A stretch of 64,000 bases of DNA from Acidimicrobiaceae bacterium (lineage in GTDB: Bacteria > Actinomycetota > Acidimicrobiia > Acidimicrobiales > Aldehydirespiratoraceae), in the NCBI GenBank assembly GCA_026708645.1, contig JAPOUM010000026.1:513-64512 (forward strand), given 5' to 3'. This document shows positions 1 to 7,040 of the stretch, one piece after another. Within the stretch, counting starts at the first letter, position 1. Each line of letters starts with the position of its first letter. A program made the position numbers and the translations under genes. The notes beneath the pieces are model-generated. The model saw only the letters and a program-made list of their open reading frames with translations, did not search any database and was not told the origin of the DNA.

Positions 1-55
1 ACCAGAACCGACAACACAACAAACAACGCACCAAACCAGACGCGAACCGCAGCCA

Positions 56-197
56 CACAAGACCGAGCCGCGGCCCGCAGCCGGGACCAGACCAAAGCCA
101 GCGACCCCGCGCATGGGCGGCAGCTCTTTGGCGCGGGCCATGTGGACGCCGTGGCTGGACCAGAGCCAGAGCTCGCGACCCTGCCTTGTGGTGACGG
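56..197. repeat. Left arm of an imperfect inverted repeat (partner at 4863-4946)
   Basis: 162-197 matches the reverse complement of 4863-4898 at 34/36 nt. 56-100 matches the reverse complement of 4899-4946 with small gaps. The left arm carries an extra ~61 bp (101-161). Confidence 0.7.
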
Positions 198-390
198 GTG
201 GCAGCTGGTTCGCCTCGGGCGGGTCGAGCACTCAAAGCCAAAGCCAGCGACCCCGCCTTGTGGTGACCGCCCCGGGTTCAGCGAACACGCAGCCACCAGA
301 TCTACCCCGACCATGCAGCCGCCTGGCACTGCGGTCGCCGTCGGCGGGTTCAGCGAACACGCAGCCACCACAGATCCACCCCGACACCAC
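91..390. repeat. Degenerate tandem array with a ~72-bp period (about 4 units)
   Basis: Core GCGACCC(C/T)GCC occurs at ~101, ~175 and ~247. GCCTTGTGGTGAC occurs at 183 and 255. GGGTTCAGCGAACACGCAGCCACCA occurs at 274-298 and 346-370 (exactly 72 bp apart). Confidence 0.7.
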
Positions 391-516
391 AACGGCATCA
401 CGCGCCAACAACCTCACGATAACCGACACCTAGCTGTCGGCTCGCGCGAGTTTGCGGCTCGTGTTACGGGTGCTCGTTGCGGGGCGTGGCACGGCTGGGT
501 TCGTAGGCTTTGAGTC

Positions 517-1014
517 ATGCGAGAAAATGCGAATGGTTCCATGGGCACTGCTTCGGAAGCAGCCTCAGCGGACGCAGCCCTGGCGGCAGCCGACGAGCGG
601 TCGCTGAAGGCCTGGGTCGACCGGTTCTCGGGCCATGTCGCCGATCTTCGCTACGACGAAGCGGCGGCCATGATGGACCCTTGCGTCAACAGCTTCAGCA
701 CCTGGACCGACGTGGTGGTCGGCATCGAGCAGTTCGTCAACAGCCAGTGGCGCAACGTCTGGCACACCATGACCGATTTCGTGCTGGTCACCGACAAGAT
801 GCACGCCCGGACCTCTCCGGACAGGCTGATGGCGTCGCTGATGGTGACTTGGACCTCGACGGGCTACAGCGCCGACGGCGAGCCCTTCGACCGGCCCGGA
901 CGCTGCTCGTTCGTCGTGGTCAGAGACTCGCTCAACGACGAGTGGCGGGGCGTGCAGGCCCACTTCTCGCTGATGCGCGGCGTCCCCCAGCAATCCTTCG
1001 GAACCCGCTGCTGA
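517..1014 (+). CDS. SnoaL-like / NTF2-fold (DUF4440-like) protein
   Basis: 165-aa ORF with high third-position GC. Its size and sequence pattern are typical of small NTF2-like/SnoaL polyketide-cyclase-fold proteins (family call from memory). Confidence 0.55.
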   Translation: MRENANGSMGTASEAASADAALAAADERSLKAWVDRFSGHVADLRYDEAAAMMDPCVNSFSTWTDVVVGIEQFVNSQWRNVWHTMTDFVLVTDKMHARTSPDRLMASLMVTWTSTGYSADGEPFDRPGRCSFVVVRDSLNDEWRGVQAHFSLMRGVPQQSFGTRC

Positions 1015-1092
1015 CGAGCTCAGCTGACAGGGCTCAGCTGACAGGGCTCACCGGCGGACGCCCGCCGTCAGGCGCGCCCATTTGCCGTTTCC

Positions 1093-1308
1093 GGCTGGTC
1101 GGGTCGCCGCCCGCCTCGAATTCCCGGCGGATTAGCAGCGCCGATCTGGCGCCGCTGTTGGGTTGGCCGACCGGCTCGCCGCCCGCCCCAAAGTTCCGAC
1201 GGCCGACGCCGTTCGTTCCGGGGATGTCTCACTCACGGCCGACCGGCTCGCCGCCCGCCCCAAAGTTTCGACCCTTCACTTGGTCACGACACGTTGAGCT
1301 TGGATGAA
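1093..1308. repeat. Three 72-bp-spaced units with a conserved ~31-nt core
   Basis: GGCCGACCGGCTCGCCGCCCGCCCCAAAGTT is perfect at 1165-1195 and 1237-1267. A degenerate copy (GGCTGGTCGGGTCGCCGCCCGCCTCGAATTC) starts at 1093. The remainder of each unit is unrelated. A tandem 14-mer GCTCAGCTGACAGG x2 lies at 1017-1044. Confidence 0.75.
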
Positions 1309-1354
1309 AGCGCAGTCTCCGGGTGCTCTCTCGCGCTTTCTAAGATGATTCACG

Positions 1355-3076
1355 GTGTTGACGAAGCTCACTGTCCGCAACTTCAAGCGCTTCTCTTCAG
1401 AGGAGATCGAACTCGACAGCCCGGTCGTTTTCGTCGGTCCGAACAACTCCGGTAAGACTTGCGCGATGCAGGCTCTTGCTCTGTGGGGAGTCGGGCTGAG
1501 GCGCTGGAACGAGCGGCACGCCGGCAAGACGGCCCCCGAGAAGCGACCGGGCGTGACCGTCGGTCGACGGGACTTGGTAGCAGCCCCTGTGCCCAGTGCG
1601 AGGCTGCTGTGGCGAGGGTTGTCAGTGCGCAAGCAGGCGGTCGCCGACGGAGCGCGCGGCACCTCCAATGTCCGCATGGACATCATCGTCGAGGGAGTGG
1701 GAGAGCATGGCGAATGGAAGTGCGGATTGGAGTTCGACTACGCCAATGAGGAGTCGTTCTACTGCCGGCCGCTTCGATCAGGAGAAAGCTCGACGGCTGA
1801 TCGTATGCCCATACCCGACGACGCCGCCCGTGTGACGCTGGCGTACCTGCCGCCGATGTCTGGTTTGGCCGCTACCGAGACCAGGCTCGAACACGGCGCC
1901 GTCAGCGTGCGGGTGGGCGAGGGCCGCACTGCGGAGGTGCTGCGCAATCTTTGTCATCGAGTCTGCGAGGAGAGCCCCGAGGACTGGGAGCGCCTCGTCG
2001 GGCGAGTCGAGCACCTTTTCGGAGTGGAGTTGAATCGACCGCGCCACATTGTCGAGCGCGGCGAGATCGATATGACCTACCGAGAGCGCGGCATAACCCT
2101 GGATCTGTCCAGCAGCGGACGCGGCCTGCAGCAGACGATGCTGTTGCTGGCGTATCTGTCCGTCAATCGCGGATCGGTTCTTCTGCTCGATGAACCCGAC
2201 GCCCACCTTGAGACGCTGCGCCAGCGACAGACGTATCGGACGATCACCGAGTCGGCGTCGGAGAGCGGCAGCCAAGTCATCGCAGCCAGCCACTCGGAGG
2301 TGGTGCTGAGCGAAGCCGCGAGCAAGGACGCTGTTGTGGCATTCGTGGGACGGCCCCACCGCATAGAAGACCGCTTCAGTCAAGTGCTGAAGTCTCTCAA
2401 ACAGATCAGTTTCGATCATTATCTTCAGGCGGAGCAGACCGGCTGGGTCCTGTATCTGGAGGGTTCTACCGATCTGGCTGTTCTGCAGGCGTTCGCCCGG
2501 CGCCTCGACCATGCGCCCGCGCTGTCAGCGTTGGACAAGCCGTTCGTTCACTACGTGGGCAACCAGCCCAACGAGGCCCGGTCGCATTTTTACGGTCTGC
2601 GTGAGGCGTTGCCTTCGCTTCGGGGCGTGGCACTGTTCGACCGGATGGAGACGGGCGCATCTGACACCGGCGACTTGGAGCATCTGACGTGGCGGCGCCG
2701 CGAGATCGAGAACTACTTGTGTACGGAGGCGACGCTCATGGCGTTCGCTGAGCGGCCCGAGGCCGGTCATGGACCGCTCGACCTGCTCGCACGCCGTCAG
2801 CACATGACCGAAGCGATCGAGCGGATCGCTTCGGCTATGCGGACCCTGGGACGGGGGTCGCCTTGGAGCGCGGACGCCAAGGTCAGCGACGACTTCCTCA
2901 AGCCGCTGTTCGGCGAGTATTTCAGCCGCGTCGGTCTGCCCAGCCTCTTAGCGAAGAAGAGCTTCCATGAGTTGGCTGATTTGGTGCCCGACGACGAGAT
3001 GGATCCTGAGATCACCGAGAAGCTCGATGCCATAGCAGCAGTAGCTTCGCCGGAAAGCCCGGTTGCGGAGTTCTGA
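1355..3076 (+). CDS. OLD-family-like ABC/AAA ATPase fused to a Toprim/DUF4435-like C-terminal domain (PARIS/Gabija-GajA-like architecture)
   Basis: The N-terminus LTKLTVRNFKRF...FVGPNNSGKT is a Walker A. LLLDEPDAHLE is a Walker B, followed by ASHSE. The C-terminal half has YLEGSTDLAVL, ALFDRME and REIENYL, resembling Toprim/DUF4435 signatures. Confidence 0.6.
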   Translation: MLTKLTVRNFKRFSSEEIELDSPVVFVGPNNSGKTCAMQALALWGVGLRRWNERHAGKTAPEKRPGVTVGRRDLVAAPVPSARLLWRGLSVRKQAVADGARGTSNVRMDIIVEGVGEHGEWKCGLEFDYANEESFYCRPLRSGESSTADRMPIPDDAARVTLAYLPPMSGLAATETRLEHGAVSVRVGEGRTAEVLRNLCHRVCEESPEDWERLVGRVEHLFGVELNRPRHIVERGEIDMTYRERGITLDLSSSGRGLQQTMLLLAYLSVNRGSVLLLDEPDAHLETLRQRQTYRTITESASESGSQVIAASHSEVVLSEAASKDAVVAFVGRPHRIEDRFSQVLKSLKQISFDHYLQAEQTGWVLYLEGSTDLAVLQAFARRLDHAPALSALDKPFVHYVGNQPNEARSHFYGLREALPSLRGVALFDRMETGASDTGDLEHLTWRRREIENYLCTEATLMAFAERPEAGHGPLDLLARRQHMTEAIERIASAMRTLGRGSPWSADAKVSDDFLKPLFGEYFSRVGLPSLLAKKSFHELADLVPDDEMDPEITEKLDAIAAVASPESPVAEF

Positions 3077-3190
3077 GCCGCCACTCAGCGATCCCGCAGT
3101 CTGCGCCTGACGCTGCACAACGAGATAACGGTTCTGTCATCCCGGCCGGGATCTGAAAGTTATAACATAGATAGTCTGAACTGATGATCT

Positions 3191-3571
3191 GTGAAGTTGG
3201 CTCGCTTCTCCGACCGGCTACATGCCCCGAGCGGGAGACGCGAATGGGCCTGCTCTTTGAGTCGCTGGTGGTCGCGACCTGTGTGTTTATGCAGCCGCCT
3301 GCAAGGCCGACGTCATCACTGTCGCACTAGCTATGGCGACGAGATCGACGCGATCGTCGAACGACGCGACGGGGCTTGGATGGCCGTCGAGGTCGAGTTG
3401 AGTCCGTCGAGAGCGGACGAAGCCGCTCAATCTTTGCGTAAAGCGTGCGCCACGATCGACGCCGGCGAGCGCGGCGAGACGGTGAAGAAGGTCGTGGTGA
3501 CCGCCACCGGATACGGCTACGAACGAGACGACGGCATCTCGGTGGTGCCCATCACCGCTCTAGGCCCCTGA
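3191..3571 (+). pseudogene. C-terminal remnant of an AAA_14/DUF4143 ATP-binding protein (N-terminus missing, frameshifted)
   Basis: The tail YGDEIDAIVERRDGAWMAVEVELS... matches the DUF4143 end. The preceding GLLFESLVV segment (from 3244) is in a different frame. No ATPase domain lies upstream. Confidence 0.55.
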
Positions 3572-3664
3572 CTTCCGCGGCCCGGCGCCCAGGAAGAGCG
3601 CGCCGACCCGTCAATGTTCAGAGTCGAGTGGGAATCCGCCCCTGACTTCCGCGGCCCGGCGCCC
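3565..3664. repeat. 26-bp direct repeat pair (3565-3590 and 3639-3664), 74 bp apart
   Basis: CCCCTGACTTCCGCGGCCCGGCGCCC occurs twice. It is ~70% identical to the CCCCAAAGTTCCGACGGCCGACGCC core at 1185. Confidence 0.7.
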
Positions 3665-3727
3665 TTACAGAGAGTGCCAGGCGATCGAACGACTTGGGCA
3701 GAGGAGGCTGGGTATTAAATCGCTTGC

Positions 3728-4696
3728 TCAGTCTCGTAGCTGCTGCTGGGAGCGCTGGTGGGCGAGTGTGGCGATCGCCACGTCTTGGAGAGCTACGCCC
3801 TGGGATTCGAACAGCACTATGCCGCTGCCGGGGCCTGGGCCGGCCTGTGCAGCCGGGAGCGAAACCGGGATCGTGACCGTGCCTGCGATCACTTCGGTGA
3901 GGTCGACCAGACTGGCCCAGTCGAAGCTTCCCTCCGCCGCGGCGTGTATCAGGTCTCCGGCTTCGCTGCGGGCGCCTTCTTCGCTGTCGCTCACCACGAG
4001 CGCCGCGCGGGCCACGGTCGTGGTGTCGACCTCTTGGCGGGTGGCTTTGGTCGAGCCCACAGCGCACACTAGAGCGGACGCCTCCAGACGCTCGCCGTCG
4101 AACAACGGGGTGCGGCTCGAGGTCACGGTGACCACCACTCGGGCGCCTTCCACCGCTTCGTCGGCGCCGGCCGTCGCCCTTGCCGGTATGCCCCGTTGCT
4201 GGGCCCAGGCGGCGACCTGCTCGGCCTTGTGCAGGTCGCGCCCCCAGACTCGCAGGTCGGTCAGCGGCATCTCCTGGGCGAGTGCCTGCAGGTGAGGCCG
4301 GCTCTGTCTGCCCGTGCCGAGCACTGCTGCGGTGGTGGCGTCCGACGGCGCCAGATGCCTCACGGCCAGCGCGCTGGCGGCTGCGGTGCGGATGGCGGTG
4401 AGGCCTGCCCCGTCGAAGGTGGCGACCAGCCCGGCCTCGGGTTTGAAGAGACCCACAAGAAAGGAGAAACCGCCGGGGTGGGTGATGTACAGCTTGCCGC
4501 CGGCCACGCCGTGCCGGGGCCATGAGGCGGCCATGGCGCTGCCCATCAGCCCTCCGGCCTCGGCCCTCACCCGCAGCGTGGTGGCCGCCTCGGCGGCGGC
4601 GAGGTCGCGCCAAGCCTGCTCCAGCCAGTCGGTGACAGTCGCCAGATCGCACAGTTCCGCGACCTGGTTCTCGGTGAAGTGAGGCACAGCGCTCAT
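3728..4696 (-). CDS. Ornithine cyclodeaminase / mu-crystallin family protein
   Basis: 322-aa ORF with a Rossmann-like LGTGRQ segment and the overall family pattern. High GC3. Confidence 0.7.
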   Translation of the reverse strand: MSAVPHFTENQVAELCDLATVTDWLEQAWRDLAAAEAATTLRVRAEAGGLMGSAMAASWPRHGVAGGKLYITHPGGFSFLVGLFKPEAGLVATFDGAGLTAIRTAAASALAVRHLAPSDATTAAVLGTGRQSRPHLQALAQEMPLTDLRVWGRDLHKAEQVAAWAQQRGIPARATAGADEAVEGARVVVTVTSSRTPLFDGERLEASALVCAVGSTKATRQEVDTTTVARAALVVSDSEEGARSEAGDLIHAAAEGSFDWASLVDLTEVIAGTVTIPVSLPAAQAGPGPGSGIVLFESQGVALQDVAIATLAHQRSQQQLRD

Positions 4697-4703
4697 GTCG
4701 GCT

Positions 4704-4812
4704 CCTCGGACGGCCAGTAGCCAAGCACTCTAAGTTTCGCGTGCAAACTGGATGTGTCTTCGCGCATAGCGACTACCTCGGACGGCATGTAGCCAGGCAC
4801 TCTGAGTTCTCG
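4704..4812. repeat. 37-bp direct repeat pair, 72 bp apart
   Basis: CCTCGGACGGCCAGTAGCCAAGCACTCTAAGTTTCGC starts at 4704 and CCTCGGACGGCATGTAGCCAGGCACTCTGAGTTCTCG at 4776. Both share the ...CTAAGTTTCG end with the 1165/1237 core. Confidence 0.7.
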
Positions 4813-4862
4813 TCGCTTTTCGCGTGGCGGATCGAAAGTAGGAGCAGCGTGTCCGCTCTACA

Positions 4863-4946
4863 GGCCGTCACCACAGGGCAGGGTCACGAGCTCTGGCTCT
4901 GGTCTGGCCGCGCGGCTGCGGGTCGCGGCTTGCGGCTTGGTCTTGT
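4863..4946. repeat. Right arm of the inverted repeat (partner at 56-197)
   Basis: See the left arm. The reverse complement reads ACAAGACCAAGCCGCAAGCCGCGACCCGCAGCC...AGAGCCAGAGCTCGTGACCCTGCCCTGTGGTGACGG. Confidence 0.7.
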
Positions 4947-4949
4947 CTA

Positions 4950-6780
4950 GCTGTAGTGGTCACAGAGGTTGGGAGCAGCGTGTAGGGGGTGGGCCTCCTG
5001 TGTGAGTGTGGGGTTGCAACAGCAAACGACATGAACACAGTAGGCTTGATGCCGCATGCGAATGCAAGCCTGATGTCTGGCAGCGGGTGATGATGTTGCA
5101 GCTGGCTGGCGAACTCTAACGTGCGTTAGAGTTATGCGAGCCGACAAAATAAACTGGTATTGAATTGAGCCGCACAAGATAGCCGCACAAAATAATAGTA
5201 GATATTACTGACCACGGGTTCTCTCCTTTTTATTGACGTGATACTGTCCCGAGGCCCCATCGTCCTTGCGATCGCCCCTTCTTCGGCGACTCATGTGTCA
5301 CGTCGCTACCGATGCCGCGGAACTGTTTACGTGCGGGGCGAACTCTAAGCTTCGGCGAACTCTAGTGGTGGTTGCGAGTGGGGGCGGGGTAGATGCTGGG
5401 CACTGAGTGCCAGAGGTGGCGCGGCCCACACCACTGGGCAGCGCTTTACGCGGGTGCGCGCCTCCACATCCGCCCATCGACAGCTCGTGGGCGTAACGCC
5501 ACGACACTCGCGGCGCGCCTTTGGGAAGTAATCACTACTATTACTAACCGCCCTTCAAGGCAGGGTCGATCACAACCTGCTCGAAGCGGCCATCTGATCC
5601 CGGCGGCTGGAGGGCCTCGTCGGCTGCCTCTATCCTGAACTGCTGACAGACTTGATCGGCTCGGCTTGGCGCGACCGCAGCTTGACCGCTCTTCCCATTC
5701 AGGGGCCTGACATCTTGCGAAGCCCAGATCCGATGGCGTGCGCGCAGGCTCTGCACCGAGTAAGTAATAATTACTATTACTATATCATCAACGCTGAGGT
5801 ATTACCTTTGCCGGGCAGCCGCGGTCGAGCAGATCGCGAAGCGGAACGACAGCCGGGCGGCGACGCTGAGGCCTTGCTTCTGCCGGTCAGCCATGAAAGT
5901 AATAATTTTTATCACTTTCTACGGACAGCGCCGAATAATGGCTCTTCTCATTTGGGGTGGAGCAGGGCTGACGGCCATCCTCGCCGGGGATGTGAGATCC
6001 CCGGCGAATCTGAGCTGTGCGGCAAGCGAGATCTGGAGGATGGCGAACTCCACCGGTCGGATGCCGGCAGTGGCACTGGTCATCATGACTTATCTCTTGC
6101 AGCCACTCGGTGAAGTCCGCCGTGCACTTCAGGGATCAAGCCGCGAGACAGAGGCACAACTGCTCACTTGCATCCAACGCTGAAGTTCGACGTGAACTTC
6201 AGATCACCGCGGCCTTGCCCGATGTCGAGTTCGTTCAACTGCTCTCCAGTTATGAAGCTTTGTGCGCGACCACTGAATAGCCGCAGTCGCACTCGTGCGG
6301 TATCGTCACGCGAGCTGCCAGCAATAAACTAGATGCATGTTGCCCGCACGGGCAGGTTAGAACAATAATGAATACTATTTACCGCGGATCTACTGTTCCC
6401 TACTGACGGGCTGCTGCACCAATCCAGCATATAAGAATGATTATTACATTCTAGTTTCGCTTGCCTCAGCGGGCAAATCGGGCAAGGAGAATTCCGAGTA
6501 CAAGCCGCAATTAGTAGTAGTAATAACAAATTAATAGTAGTAATAACAGTTGTGTTCTACCAGTGCTGCCAGCCCTGTCGCCCTCGCAACGCAGCCAACG
6601 ATGCAAGGGCGCGCCACAGGCAGGCTGCCGTGCGGAGGGACTAGCCGATACAGTCATCATTGTTATTACGTTCGACAGAGCGACCTGCCCGCCCCGCCTG
6701 CTCAGCCCATCCTCGACACCTTGACCACGCACTACGGCGACCGGATCACCAGCCACAACCAATGAGAACCACCATCAGAC
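4950..6780. other. ORF-poor, motif-dense 1.8-kb tract with AT-rich AGTAAT/ATTACT islands
   Basis: No ORF longer than 153 aa and none with a recognisable family. AT islands lie at 5188-5209, 5525-5546, 5759-5787, 5895-5915, 6322-6452, 6508-6548 and 6660-6668 within GC-rich DNA. Confidence 0.6.
5111..5132. promoter_or_regulatory. Perfect 10-bp inverted repeat AACTCTAACG-TG-CGTTAGAGTT (operator-like)
   Basis: Read directly from the sequence. Related half-sites GCGAACTCTAAG (5337-5348) and GCGAACTCTAG (5354-5364) lie nearby. Confidence 0.4.
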
Positions 6781-6809
6781 ACACAAAAAATCGCACATGC
6801 CTGCCATTC

Positions 6810-7040
6810 CAGAGGCTCCCTGTGAGCCCGGCTTCTGGGCGACCTCGTCGGCTGGGCCGGCATCGACAGAGCCGCACACTCCCGACACCCCGATCATTTT
6901 CGAGGCTCTCTGTGAGCCCGGCTTCTGAGCGACACTCTCGACCGCGGCGAGCGCAACGAGATGTGGTGCTCCCGACGCTCCTAGTGAGCCCGGATTCTGA
7001 GCGACTGGCGCACTCCTCGTGAGCCCGGATTCTGTGCCCA
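6810..7040 (+). repeat. Four copies of the purB start segment GTGAGCCCGG(C/A)TTCTG
   Basis: Copies start at about 6820, 6911, 6984 and 7019 (the real purB start). The three upstream copies are in one frame (ORF 6660-7022), whose TGA overlaps the purB GTG as GTGA. Confidence 0.75.

Noticed and set aside
113-513. ORFs 113-433 (+), 142-513 (+) and 232-429 (-) spanning the left repeat array.
   Set aside because: Their apparent peptide repeats simply mirror the 72-bp DNA repeats. The composition is not protein-like and there is no RBS or family resemblance.
91-1308. The 72-bp period, with ~31-37-nt conserved cores and unrelated fillers, looks superficially like CRISPR repeat-spacer units (36+36).
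   Set aside because: Only 2-4 units occur per site, and the cores differ substantially between sites. The sites are separated by genes, no cas genes are in the window, and the first array shows conservation shifting between different parts of the unit. It is reported as an unexplained repeat family instead.
3618-4724. 368-aa Arg/Gly-rich ORF on the minus strand.
   Set aside because: It is an out-of-frame shadow of the ornithine cyclodeaminase gene (3728-4696), which is typical of high-GC DNA.
5111-5132. Integron attC-like site (TCTAAC...GTTAGA resembles R''/R' cores), with a cassette-like gene arrangement to the left.
   Set aside because: The arms are separated by only 2 nt instead of 50-130 bp, and the core does not satisfy RYYYAAC/GTTRRRY strictly. 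The cassette genes are not co-oriented, and no intI is visible.
4947-6765. Small ORFs in the AT-island tract (4947-5177-, 5298-5507-, 5544-5756-, 5652-6113+, 5893-6183+, 6329-6529-, 6550-6765+).
   Set aside because: There is no family resemblance and the codon bias is mostly atypical for this genome. They are kept as a hypothesis in the findings and not called as CDS.
6806-7040. The repeats upstream of purB as a purine (or ZTP/pfl) riboswitch.
   Set aside because: Conserved riboswitch cores are not recognisable. The repeats are copies of the purB start itself.
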